Assembly (NCBI GenBank): GCA_963753345.1
Contig: CAVWBU010000015.1
Coordinates: 50,337 to 114,336 of the forward strand
Direction of reading: 5' to 3'
Source: an uncultured Fibrobacterota bacterium
GTDB taxonomy: Bacteria; Fibrobacterota; Chitinivibrionia; Chitinivibrionales; FEN-1185
DNA length: 64,000 nt
Shown: positions 1 through 9,529 of the stretch, piece by piece
Numbering within the stretch: position 1 is the stretch's first letter
Layout of the letters: each line of letters opens with the position of its first letter
Translations under genes and position numbers: made by a program
The notes under the pieces: model-generated
What the model saw: only the letters and a program-made list of their open reading frames with translations
Databases searched by the model: none
What the model was told of the DNA's origin: nothing

Positions 1-2
1 AC

Positions 3-1271
3 AACTGGCCGGTAACGTATCTGGGCCAGACATCGTCGAGCACCACGTCGTTACCGATTGCAAAGTTTCAACGGGACTTGTTCGCGGCAGTCAAGGCGGA
101 CACCAGTCTTAAGGGGATTCCGGTTTTTCATTCGAGCGAAGCGGGCGGGTCAGAACCGGATAATTGTGGCTTGCAATTCCTCACCATTCCCAGCGGAGCG
201 GGTACTCTGATGCCGGATGGAACCGTGTATGCCGATTACGCCAACACGCACAACTACGTCTGCGGCCACAGCGGGAAGCTCGTTGACAATGTGTGCTGGA
301 GCGCGGAGGACCCGACCCTGAACGGCGACTGGGACGGATTGTACGTTGAGTACGGCCACACCTGGTGGGGGGCAGGCTTTAACGGGTACACCAATAGCCA
401 GCTTGTTACGCTGCCGAGGGTCACCACGGAGACCGGCTGGACCACGAGCGGCAGTGCGACAAGCCTCACGGAAGAGCAGCAGGCAAGGCTTTTTCTTAAT
501 CTCTACCTTGCTGCGTATAAGCGGAACTGGAGCTACACCTTCATTTACATGTTGCGAGACGATCCCAATCAAGGGTACTGGGGCCTTTTCCACACGGATT
601 ATACGCCGAAACTTTCCGGTACCTATCTTCACAGTCTCACCACAATCCTTGCCGACAGCAACGAAATTGCAGCGCTAGGACAGGTCAATTATTCGATTCC
701 GAACCAGCCGTCAACAGTGCATGATCTGTTGATGCAGAAAAGCAGCGGGGTTTATGATCTGGTGGTATGGAATGAAAGGCCGAGCGGGGGATCGAACAGC
801 GTGACAGTGGATCTGGGTGCGAGTTTTCCGGCTGTGAAGGTGTATGATCCGACAACAGGGACGTCGGCGGTTCAAACGCTTGCAGACGTGAACTCGGTTT
901 CGTTGACGTTGAGTGATCATCCGAATATTGTTGAGGTGATTCCCGCCAATTCAATTGCGTTTCCTGCAGCCCCGGTCAGACGTGCAAGCGGTTTCAATGC
1001 ACTGCTTGTATTGACAAGGGGTGATTCTCGCGTAAACACGATTGGGTTTTTGTCAAACGCAAGATCGGGGAACTTTGTTCTGACCGTTTGCGATGTGCGG
1101 GGGAGGGAATTGTATCGAACCGGCGTTCGCAATGCTGAAACAGGCAAAGGCCACACCGTTATTGTGTGGAACGGCAGCACCAATGATGGGACAAGGATCG
1201 GGAAGGGAGTTTACTTTGTTCGGTTTTGTTCAGGAGCGGCGGTCGAAATGAGAAAATTGGTTTTGGATTGA
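3..1271 (+). CDS. Secreted glycoside-hydrolase-like protein, 5'-truncated by the window edge, with T9SS-type C-terminal sorting domain
   Basis: Frame 3 is open from nt 3 (NWPVTYLGQ...), so the TTG at 78 is probably internal. The last ~80 aa (..GKGVYFVRFCSGAAVEMRKLVLD) resemble the Por_Secre_tail-like tails seen on four other proteins in this window. Confidence 0.55.
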   Translation, partial: NWPVTYLGQTSSSTTSLPIAKFQRDLFAAVKADTSLKGIPVFHSSEAGGSEPDNCGLQFLTIPSGAGTLMPDGTVYADYANTHNYVCGHSGKLVDNVCWSAEDPTLNGDWDGLYVEYGHTWWGAGFNGYTNSQLVTLPRVTTETGWTTSGSATSLTEEQQARLFLNLYLAAYKRNWSYTFIYMLRDDPNQGYWGLFHTDYTPKLSGTYLHSLTTILADSNEIAALGQVNYSIPNQPSTVHDLLMQKSSGVYDLVVWNERPSGGSNSVTVDLGASFPAVKVYDPTTGTSAVQTLADVNSVSLTLSDHPNIVEVIPANSIAFPAAPVRRASGFNALLVLTRGDSRVNTIGFLSNARSGNFVLTVCDVRGRELYRTGVRNAETGKGHTVIVWNGSTNDGTRIGKGVYFVRFCSGAAVEMRKLVLD

Positions 1272-1324
1272 TTCCTCTTGCATAAGCGTACGCAATAGCG
1301 TACATTGTATCGTGGAGGCACACC

Positions 1325-1567
1325 ATGACCACCATAACTGTCACGCAGGCGCGCAAGAGACTGTTCAATCTTCTTGACGAGGCGAATTCGTCCCACGAGC
1401 CGATCATGATAGCGGGGAAACGCGGCGGGGCCGTTCTGATCGGCGGGGAGGATTGGTCGGCCATCGAGGAAACCCTGTATCTGACATCGATCCCTGGCAT
1501 GCGGGACTCGATCAAGCAGGGAATGAAGACGCCTCTACGCAAGACCAGCAAAGTTGTCAAATGGTAA
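1325..1567 (+). CDS. yefM: Phd/YefM family type II antitoxin
   Basis: 80 aa. MTTITVTQARKRLFNLLDE...PIMI..RGG.AVLIG.EDW..IEETLYL is a typical YefM signature. Its stop overlaps the next ATG (ATGGTAA). Confidence 0.85.
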   Translation: MTTITVTQARKRLFNLLDEANSSHEPIMIAGKRGGAVLIGGEDWSAIEETLYLTSIPGMRDSIKQGMKTPLRKTSKVVKW

Positions 1568-1827
1568 CATGGCAGCTTTATTACACTAAGCAGGCGCTCA
1601 AAGACGCCAGGAAGCTTTCGTCGTCCGGATTGCGCCCCAGGGCCGAACATCTTCTTTCCATTCTCGCAGCAAACCCCTTTCAGAATCCCCCGCGGTATGA
1701 GAAGCTGGTAGGTGATCTTGCCGGCGCCTATTCACGAAGGATAAACTTTCAGCATCGTCTGGTGTACCAGGTGCTCGAACGGGAGAAGGCGGTGAAGGTG
1801 GTGAGGATGTGGACGCATTACGAGTAG
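1561..1827 (+). CDS. yoeB: YoeB/Txe family type II toxin (mRNA interferase)
   Basis: Internal ATG at 1561 of the listed 1453..1827 ORF gives 88 aa: MVTWQLYYTKQALKDARKL...YSRRINFQHRLVYQV....VKVVRMWTHYE. It is translationally coupled to yefM. Confidence 0.85.
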   Translation: MVTWQLYYTKQALKDARKLSSSGLRPRAEHLLSILAANPFQNPPRYEKLVGDLAGAYSRRINFQHRLVYQVLEREKAVKVVRMWTHYE

Positions 1828-1860
1828 AACGGCGTAAACAAAACGGCCGGCCCGATCTCC

Positions 1861-1931
1861 CGCGCCAGCCGTCAATTCTCGTCTTTTAACTCTTAGCTTT
1901 CAACTTCTCAACTCTCAACCTTCAACTTCTT
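1861..1931 (-). repeat. Truncated repeat module remnant (A 5'-flank homolog plus degenerate GTTGAANN tract)
   Basis: GCGCCAGCCGTCAATTCTC matches the GCGCCAGCCGAATTCTC flank of the A copy at 6588-6606. It is followed by TTCAAC/CTCAAC units (reverse complement GTTGAAGG, GTTGAGAA, GTTGAAAG). Confidence 0.5.
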
Positions 1932-2780
1932 CTACATTCCCCCTTGCTTCTTCTCATCACCCAACATCCTACTGCCAAGGATTTTATTGTCCGACCCGTA
2001 CATACAGCACGGCTGGTTAACTGCCACCTTGAAATCGAGCTTGGCGCGCGGGCTGGCGAATTTCGGGTCGAACGAAAAGTTGTCGGCCGGAACGGTGCGG
2101 TTCACCGCAAGGTTGCCGAACAGGTCGTTCTTGGACAGTTTCGTGCGCTCCGATTTCGAGGACAGCTTGACGCCCAGCCGCTCGTTGAACGCAATCATGT
2201 TGTTTTCGATGATCGCGTCGGAGCTGCCGCCCATCGCGACGCCGTTGTTGCCGTTGAAGCAGATGGTATTGTGGTTGATGGACGTTGCGGTGGAGCGGAT
2301 GTCCCATCCCTGGATGCCCGACCACCGGTTGAACGCAATGATGTTGTCTTCGATTTTCGGCAAATGCCGGACGCAGATGATTCCCGTGCCCCAGTTGTTG
2401 ATGATCCTGCAGTTGACAACGGTATTGCCCGGGTCCTTGGAAAACACGCCGATGGTGCCGCCGCGTATTTCGAAACCGTCGAGAACGCTGTTGGACGAGA
2501 GGGTGACCACGGTCCCTTTGCCGCCGCCGTCGAGGACCGCCTTGAGCGGGTTGCGCGCGGCGCAGACCACGCCGGCCTTGATAAAGACGAGTTCCTTATA
2601 GACGCCGTCGGAAACCCAGACCGTATCGCCCGATTTTGCGCTGATCATGGCCTGGGCAATGGTTTTAACGCCCACCGACGGCACGGAAATGGATTCGGCC
2701 GGCCACGCCGTGGACGACGCAAGGATCGTGAACGCCGCGAGAAAGCAAGGAAGGGTGCGCGTGCGTGAATACAATGTCAT
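1932..2780 (-). CDS. Secreted right-handed parallel beta-helix repeat protein
   Basis: 282 aa with an N-terminal signal peptide. Repeated ..N.I..N...GI.. turns (NCRIINNWGTGI, DNIIAFNRWSGIQG, HNTICFNGNNGVA, NNMIAFNERLGV) are typical of NosD/pectate-lyase-like beta-helices. Confidence 0.7.
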   Translation of the reverse strand: MTLYSRTRTLPCFLAAFTILASSTAWPAESISVPSVGVKTIAQAMISAKSGDTVWVSDGVYKELVFIKAGVVCAARNPLKAVLDGGGKGTVVTLSSNSVLDGFEIRGGTIGVFSKDPGNTVVNCRIINNWGTGIICVRHLPKIEDNIIAFNRWSGIQGWDIRSTATSINHNTICFNGNNGVAMGGSSDAIIENNMIAFNERLGVKLSSKSERTKLSKNDLFGNLAVNRTVPADNFSFDPKFASPRAKLDFKVAVNQPCCMYGSDNKILGSRMLGDEKKQGGM

Positions 2781-2801
2781 ACGGTTGCTCCAATCCTGAG
2801 G

Positions 2802-3611
2802 TTAGTGGGGAAAACGGGCTCCTATGGAAACGTTTGCGCCGGACATCGTGCTTGCCAAAGGAGAATCGGCCGCCAGGGAGAAATCGAAACCTCCCCTCGG
2901 CGCCGTGAACTTCGGATCAAGCGAAAAATTGCTGGACGACTGGGCATTCGGGGTGCGGCCGTTCTTGAAGAAATCGTTGTTCGTCATGCTCATTTTGGAA
3001 AGGTCGAGCGTTTTTACCGCCTCGTTCTGGTTGAAGGCGATGATATTGCATTCCAGGATCATGTTCGAATTTCCGCCGAGCGCCACGCCGTTGTTCATGT
3101 TGTAGGCTATCGTGTTGTGATTGACGGCCGCGCTTGTCGCGGTCAGGTTCCAGCCCTGGATGCCCGATCCGCCGTTGAACACAATGACGTTGTCTTCGAT
3201 GCGGGGGACGTTGCCGACGCACATGATGCCCGACTCGCGGTTGCCGGTGATCCGGCACGAAAGGATTGCGTTGCCGCCATGCGACGACAGGATTCCGATC
3301 GTGCCGTTGCGGATCTCGAATCCGCACAAGGTGGCATTGGATCCCATGGTTACCACGGCGCCTTTTCCGCCTCCGTCAAGTGCGGCGCCGAACGGCGACG
3401 CGGACTTGAGCACCACGTCGGATTTGAGCATCACGCTGCCGGTGCAAACGCCGTTGGCGACCAGCACCGTGTCGCCGGCCATCGCCTTGATCATGGCCAG
3501 CGCGATGGTTCCCGCCCCGGCCGACGGAACGGAGACGAGCTGACCCGCCATCGCCGCACAGCAGGCCCCCGCGGCACAGCAGAATGCAATGGAAACAAGG
3601 ATCCGCTTCAT
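2802..3611 (-). CDS. Secreted right-handed parallel beta-helix repeat protein (tandem paralog)
   Basis: Colinear paralog of 1932..2780 with the same SVPS.G..TIA.AM..A..GDTV opening and the same beta-helix turns. Start moved to MKRIL (3611) so that a signal peptide is N-terminal. Confidence 0.7.
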   Translation of the reverse strand: MKRILVSIAFCCAAGACCAAMAGQLVSVPSAGAGTIALAMIKAMAGDTVLVANGVCTGSVMLKSDVVLKSASPFGAALDGGGKGAVVTMGSNATLCGFEIRNGTIGILSSHGGNAILSCRITGNRESGIMCVGNVPRIEDNVIVFNGGSGIQGWNLTATSAAVNHNTIAYNMNNGVALGGNSNMILECNIIAFNQNEAVKTLDLSKMSMTNNDFFKNGRTPNAQSSSNFSLDPKFTAPRGGFDFSLAADSPLASTMSGANVSIGARFPH

Positions 3612-3628
3612 AGCCTTTGCTCCGCGCA

Positions 3629-6140
3629 TCACTTCTTGACGCCGATGTTCATGCGTATCATCTGCGTATGGCCGCGCACAAGATCTTCCACGTTGATTCG
3701 CGCGAGATAGGTGCCGGGCGCTACGAACGTCCCGGAGCCGGTCTTGCCGTCCCAGATGAAGAACAACCGGACATTGGTCTGGTCGATGAGCATTTCTTTC
3801 TTGTTGATTACCACGTTTCCCACGGCATCGAGAATGGTGATTGTCGCGCGCACTTTCCCGTTTTCCAGGTCCTGTTTCACGGCCGGCAGGAGCGAAACCT
3901 CGATTCGCGTGCCGGTCTTGATGCCGGAATTTCCCTGCAACTGGTACGGAATAGTGCTCGTGCGCGGGTTAAACGGGTTTCCGCCCGCGATCTGGTTTGT
4001 CACGATGGAAACCTCGCCGCACAATTCAAGATTGAACGAGCGCGCGCCGGCCACGACGCTGTCGAGCCCCGAGAGTCTGGGGCCGGTGCCGGGGAAAACG
4101 TACAGGAACCTGTCCGACAGCTGGACCACCGTTGCCGTGCTTATGGGAACCGTGCTGCCGTCCTGCGTGTTGATGATTGCGATAAGCGAATTCGGGTCGA
4201 GGGGAGTCGGGGGGTTCGCCACGGGCTCGCTGAAAATCACCCGGAGGGTGTCGGCGTTGGGCATGGGAACAAAGCACACGCTCTTGACAACCGGTTCTGC
4301 GCCGTCGATGATGTTCGCCACATAGGCCGACCGGCCGTCGGCGGTGACGGGCGCGGGGGAGAGGGTTATGGTGGCCGACGTCCAGCCCGTTTCCAGCGTG
4401 CTGCCGGTGTTTTCCTGGAGCACCACGTGGATGGTGCGGCTTCCGTCGGAGGTCATGGACACCGCGGTGAGCGTGACCTTTGCGCCGCCGTCGTCCGAAA
4501 CGATGTTCATGGCCTGGATCCACTGCTGCACCGTAGGCAGCGCGGCCGCAAGGCTCACCGAATCGGGGAACACGATGTCTATCCTGTCAAGGTGCCCGTT
4601 GCCGTTCGTGTCAAGCAGCGTGGCGGTTACCGGCACCGGGCCGCTCACGCCGGTGCACACAATGAGCGCCGTGCCCGGAGTAAGGCCGGCTTCGGTGGCG
4701 GTGAGCGTGGTGTTGCCGTACGATTTTTCCGCGATGCTCGCCGCCCACTGCCTGGTGGCAAGGGGCGTGGCAGTGGCGGTGGCCGGGTTTGCGGTGGACC
4801 ACGCCGCGGTGGTTGCAAAACTGACGAAATTGCCATAGGCGTCACGCACCACCGCGTACACCGTGACGTTCGCGGTCCTGTCGACGGTGATGGTGCCCAC
4901 GGGCCTGTCGTTCCGCGTTTTCCTGGCAAGCGAGTCGGCTTCGATCACGATATGGGTTCCGGGACCCGGGCCTATGTACACCGAGATCGGTGGTGATGGC
5001 ATTTGTTCGGGATGTTCGGGTCCTTGAACGGTGGCGGTGATGAGACCGATACCGAATGCTTGGTTGGGTGTGAGAGACCGGTCGGACGACCCTGCAGCGA
5101 GTGAGAACAGGATTCCCCGCCGAATCACGGAAGTCATGGTCCAGGTCACGAGGTTGTCCGCTGGAGGGAACCCAATTGTACAGGCTGTCGAACACATGCG
5201 CATAAATCGTAAAGGGTTGGCCCGCGGTCGCGCTGTCGATCCCGCCAAGCGCCGGATTGTTGGTTCCCGGCGCACCTGGTTTCGAATACAACTGCAGAAA
5301 CCCAGGGCCTCTTATGATGTAGAGGCCGGTGACATGGTAGACGATATCGTTGAAATTTTTGTCGCCCGCACCGTTCCACCCGAGAGCAGCGCCGGGATTA
5401 ACGTCGTTTTCATCTTCAAATCCGAATTCCGCTGTATCGGAATTGATATTCAGATTCTCAAACCGAACCCAACCCGCAACACACCACCTGCGGCCCTGAG
5501 GATAGTTGTTGCCGACCGCGCCCCATTGATTATTTGGAAAGGCCGTGGAAATGTCGGTGCTCCAGAAACGGTCGTTGTTTACCCACGCAGGAACGTCCAG
5601 TGGACTGCGGTTTGGACCGGAGTATCGTGCCCCAAGGTTGTAAGGCGCCGGAATGGTATCAGCCCAGTTCGGATTGTGCGGATCCGTCCAATGCCCCGCG
5701 CCCCAATAGGTCTGGTAATCGAAAATTACGGTATCCAGGTTATGAATTTTTCCCTGCGCCGCATTCGTCAAGTCCACCTGATTATAGGGAAGGCCTGCGG
5801 GTCCAACTACTTCATGATTGGTCATGATAAAAATCCGGGTGTATCTTTTGCCTCCAGTCGCAACTATTGATCCGGTATCGTTTGGAACCATTAAATAGAG
5901 ATACCCAAGCCAAGAGGCCTGCGACCCGAGATAGGTGACAACCAGAGGCTTTGTCGTATCGCGCAGAAATGGCGCCCCCATATAAAGAGAATCGGCAACG
6001 AATACAGGCGTATTGCCTTTGTTCCAGTAATTGACGTTTTCGCCAAGATTGGTTGTGCCCTGAGAAAAGACTGCGGTGCTCAGAGAGAAGATTGCCAGAA
6101 GCAAATATACGGTGATCGGTCCAACCCGCCTGTGGGGCAT
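3629..6140 (-). pseudogene. Large secreted Ig-like-repeat protein with T9SS-type C-terminal domain; reading frame broken near 5160
   Basis: ORF 4842..6230 is sensible down to ..IYAHVFDSLYNWVPSS, then turns into R/H-rich nonsense. ORF 3629..5275 becomes sensible from ADNLVTWTMTSV.. (a Big_2-like pattern) and ends in a CTD (GTYLARINVEDL...IGVKK). The two halves join with a 1-nt shift around 5160-5170. Signal peptide from MPHRR at 6140. Confidence 0.55.
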
Positions 6141-6399
6141 GTGTCGGGCTTCCCTCACCAAGCGATACTGCTGCGCCCGTAATTGAAGCGCTAAAAACAA
6201 CACAAGCGATAACGGCCAAAGAGTTTTCATAGCCTGCTCTTCCCCCCGGTTAACCGACTATGCAAGAACCATAATCTCTTCTCGGCCTAACCGCCCTTTT
6301 CGGGGCGGCCAAACGGTACTGCCTATAATATAAGTATTTTTGCCCCGAAAAGTGCAAGTCGAAACATTGGAGGAGACAGGATGGCTCCAGTATATAGAG

Positions 6400-6600
6400 A
6401 TGGGCGTTCCCCGCTCCCTCGACTCCGCTCGGGGGCGGGTCGGTCATCCCTGCGGGCTCGGCTGTTCGCCTCGTTGCCGGACCGCCCTAAGCCGTTGGCG
6501 CGGGTCGGCCGGCAATCCCGCTACGGCGGGACCGCTCCGGTCCCCCTAACGCGCGGCAGAAGAAATCCCATCAGTCAATCTCATCTCTTGCGCCAGCCGA
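6400..6600 (-). repeat. Family-A structured intergenic repeat (full length, mixed type I/II)
   Basis: The minus strand reads GGCTGGCGCAAGAG..TTGACT..GCCGCGCGTTAGGGGGACCGGAG..TCCCGC-CGTA-GCGGGA..TTGCCGG...CCGGCAACGAGGCGAACAGCC...GGGGAACGCCCAT. Confidence 0.85.
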
Positions 6601-6636
6601 ATTCTCATTAAGGAGATCAACGATCTTGCATGAATT

Positions 6637-6667
6637 TTTTCAACTCTTCAACTATTCAACGTTTCAA
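6637..6667 (-). repeat. GTTGAANN tandem octamer tract (4 units)
   Basis: The minus strand reads GTTGAAAC GTTGAATA GTTGAAGA GTTGAAAA, directly 3' of the B copy. Confidence 0.8.
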
Positions 6668-6828
6668 CTGCTCCCCGTGGGTGCCCCCACAACCATGTAT
6701 CGCGCTTGCCGCTGCACCATCAAGGGGTGCACCCTGGAGGGGGTAGCGGAGGACCAGACGCGCATCTCCGGAATGCTGGTTTGCTAATATGCGCGGTCGG
6801 GCCGCAGCTAGGGGGATACATCCCCCAT
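6668..6828 (-). repeat. Family-B structured intergenic repeat (subtype B1)
   Basis: The minus strand reads ATGGGGGATGTATCCCCCT...GGTCCTCCGCTACCCCCTCCAGGGTGCACCCCTTGATGGTGCAGCGGCAAGCGCGATACATGGTTGTGGGGGCACCCACGGGGAGCAG. It starts about 10 nt after the radical SAM stop codon. Confidence 0.85.
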
Positions 6829-6838
6829 AAAAGCTCTC

Positions 6839-7831
6839 TTATAGAAATTTACGCGGAAATTTCCTCCTGTAAACGATGTACTTAGTGAACGCATACGACG
6901 CCTTTGCCGCAAGGCTCATTAGCGTAAGGCGGCTGAATGCCGCCGTATACGAAGGGTCGAAGTAGCAGTTGATATGGCAGCCTTCGCAGAAAGGGTAGGA
7001 GCCCTGGCGCCGAATCGATTCGCCGCGGCCGGGATCACGCAAAGCTTCTGCCAGGGATTCACCGACAGGCACGAATGCGGCGGCATGATGGAAACAGGGA
7101 AGCGCGATCCTGTTGTCGGGAAGCACCGCGATGGCGGAAGACGCCGCCCTGCACGGGCTTCGCGCGGTATGGTTGCCGCCGTCGGACCGGAGCGCAAGGT
7201 GCGCCCTGTTGAGATAAACACCCGGCTTGCGCGACCAGGCACGGGCCTTTTGGTGCGTTTCCCGGCTTGCGATGTCCTTTCCGTCGAGGGAAAACACAGG
7301 ATCGAGGATGGCCATGAGTCTGTTGTTGCGCGCCAGCTCGTACACGCCCCGGAACGAGTCGATGTTCTCATTCGTGTAGGTAAAGAGCAGGTCCGGAACC
7401 AGATTGTTGGCGAGGGCGGCCGGGATGCTTTCGAGAACTTTGGAGTATGAATCGCAGCCGCGGATCCTGTTGTGCAATGCGGCGGTGTCGGCATCAAGGC
7501 TGAAGTGAAGGAGGCCGACGAGCCCGGCAAGCTCGCGCGCGCGGTCGGGGAACAGGAGACAGTTGGTGGTGACCGAGGTGATGAATCCGAGGCGCAGGGC
7601 CGCGGCGCAAAACGCGGGAAGGTCCGGGTGGAGCAGCGGTTCCCCTCCTGTAAAGTCGACGAAACGGCAGCCCGCGCGCCTGGCATCCGCGAGGTTTTGC
7701 AGAACCTGGGCGGGCTGCGCGTCGGCCTTGGGTTTGTCCTGCCAGATGGTGCAGAACGCGCAGGCCGCATTGCACCGGTTGGTCACAAAGTACTGGAGGA
7801 GGATCGGTCTCAGACGGCCCGCCCTTTCCAC
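6839..7831 (-). CDS. Radical SAM protein
   Basis: 330 aa. CNAACAFC (CxxxCxxC) cluster motif near the N-terminus, followed by a GGEPLL motif. Cys-rich C-terminal part (CEGCHINC). Confidence 0.8.
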   Translation of the reverse strand: MERAGRLRPILLQYFVTNRCNAACAFCTIWQDKPKADAQPAQVLQNLADARRAGCRFVDFTGGEPLLHPDLPAFCAAALRLGFITSVTTNCLLFPDRARELAGLVGLLHFSLDADTAALHNRIRGCDSYSKVLESIPAALANNLVPDLLFTYTNENIDSFRGVYELARNNRLMAILDPVFSLDGKDIASRETHQKARAWSRKPGVYLNRAHLALRSDGGNHTARSPCRAASSAIAVLPDNRIALPCFHHAAAFVPVGESLAEALRDPGRGESIRRQGSYPFCEGCHINCYFDPSYTAAFSRLTLMSLAAKASYAFTKYIVYRRKFPRKFL

Positions 7832-8940
7832 GCAACCTTGCGCGTGAACGGGATGACAAGCGCGAGCACGGCGGTTTCAAACAGCATGAACACAAAGTAA
7901 ACAGGAAACAGGAGCGCGTTTTCGCTTGAGCAAGTCTTTCTGAACCCGACATGGACATAGGCGATTGTCAGAAGAAAATTGAAAAAAGCGAGCATCGCCG
8001 CGGCGCCCGAAACAAAACCGGCCAGCCCTGCGACAAACGCGACATTCTGGAAGGTGAGCAGAAGACCCGGCCAGAGCAGCGGCGAGCGGAAGGTAAAACC
8101 TCCCCGAGCCCACCGGAGAGCCTGGTGATAAAACCGCCCCGCGGTTTCACACGGGGAGGTGAACGCCTGCGCCGAAAACGGCTCGGCAGGAACAATCTGC
8201 ATCCTGCGGCGCCTGAAGGCGGCATACAGGTCGCGGTCCTCCACCATGCTGTAGCCAAGGCCAGCCTGGCCGCCGATGCCGTTGTACGCGTTTTTCCGCA
8301 CCAGAAGGTTGTTGCCCATGCACGAGCCGCCGATGCCGGCGATGTGGAACGCGTAGGCGGTCGCGAAAAGAAATTCCAGCTGGAACCGCTGGACAAAAGA
8401 GAAAACGCCGCTGGTTTCTTCCATGAGTGCGGTGCGGCCGAACGTCATGTCGCCGCCGCGGGCCGCGTTTTTGGCCCAGGATGCAAGCCAATCCTCGGAA
8501 AACCGCATGTCGGCATCGCTGAACAGAAGCCATTCATGGTGGCTGCGGGCCGCACCGACGTCCAGCGCCTGCTGCTTGCCGGAGAGCCGGACGCGGGCAT
8601 CGTACGCCGAGTCGGCAACGGAAATCGGCGCCGGGAACGCGCCGACGAACGGCTCCATTGATTTCCGGTAATCGTCGGAGGAGCCGTCGTTGACCAGTAT
8701 CACTTCCCAGGCGCCGGCGTATTGCTGGGACGCAAGCGAGGCGAGAAGGCGTCCCAGATTGTGCGCCTCGTTGCGAAAAGGAATTATCACCGAGATGCCC
8801 GGCAGCGTTCCTGCGGGATCGGGCGGCGGCGCGCGGAGCGCGCGGTGCGCGGCAAGGCGGGCAATGAGCCACACCAGCAGACCGGTGTAGGCCGCACACC
8901 CGGCGATAACGGCAAGATCTGTCACGGGAACGTCACTCAT
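7810..8940 (-). CDS. Family 2 glycosyltransferase, membrane-anchored
   Basis: Start moved to MSDVP (8940) within the listed 7810..9591 ORF. GISVIIPFRNEAHNL..L.SL..Q...WEVILVNDGSSD and a DAD motif are typical of GT2. N- and C-terminal transmembrane segments. Overlaps the radical SAM start by 22 nt. Confidence 0.8.
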   Translation of the reverse strand: MSDVPVTDLAVIAGCAAYTGLLVWLIARLAAHRALRAPPPDPAGTLPGISVIIPFRNEAHNLGRLLASLASQQYAGAWEVILVNDGSSDDYRKSMEPFVGAFPAPISVADSAYDARVRLSGKQQALDVGAARSHHEWLLFSDADMRFSEDWLASWAKNAARGGDMTFGRTALMEETSGVFSFVQRFQLEFLFATAYAFHIAGIGGSCMGNNLLVRKNAYNGIGGQAGLGYSMVEDRDLYAAFRRRRMQIVPAEPFSAQAFTSPCETAGRFYHQALRWARGGFTFRSPLLWPGLLLTFQNVAFVAGLAGFVSGAAAMLAFFNFLLTIAYVHVGFRKTCSSENALLFPVYFVFMLFETAVLALVIPFTRKVAWKGRAV

Positions 8941-9075
8941 GCATAAAGAAATTGTTGATACGGCGCCGGTTATTGTATAATTATAAATAGAATCTGCTGT
9001 TGTAAATATACGTGCGAGCCGGTGCGTGCAGACATCCAAAACAAACGCCAACGGGAGAGTGGAAAAACACCTGCC

Positions 9076-9462
9076 ATGACAAAGGGAATCGGCGTCGATG
9101 TGGTCGAGGTCCGGAGGATGCGCGAGATGATCCGGAAATACGGGGACCGTTTCCTGCAGAAGGTGTTTACACCGTCGGAAATCGTCTTCTGCGAGAAGAT
9201 GGCTGCGCCCGAAATACATTTTGCCGGAAGGTGGGCGGTCAAGGAGGCTTTCTACAAAGCGTTGCCGCGTGAATGCCAGGTTCTGTCCGGGTGGAAAAGC
9301 GTGGAAATCGTTCCCGGCGCGTCCGCGGCTCCGGTGATATCGGTGTGCAGCGGTTCTCTCAAGAGCGAAATGGACAAATGCGGAATTGAACGAATTTTCT
9401 CGTCGATCAGCCATGAAAAACAGGTGTGTGTCGGGATGGTGGTCATGGACGGCAGGGGATAA
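9076..9462 (+). CDS. acpS: Holo-[acyl-carrier-protein] synthase
   Basis: MTKGIGVDVVEVRRM......FL.KVFT..E........EIHFAGRWAVKEAFYKAL is a typical AcpS signature. Start set at the ATG at 9076. Confidence 0.85.
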   Translation: MTKGIGVDVVEVRRMREMIRKYGDRFLQKVFTPSEIVFCEKMAAPEIHFAGRWAVKEAFYKALPRECQVLSGWKSVEIVPGASAAPVISVCSGSLKSEMDKCGIERIFSSISHEKQVCVGMVVMDGRG

Positions 9463-9529
9463 GGCCGGGGACGGTTGTATCCTGCAGGGTCGCGCGGCGA
9501 AGCGCGCCATAGGCATCGGGAGGCAGAGC

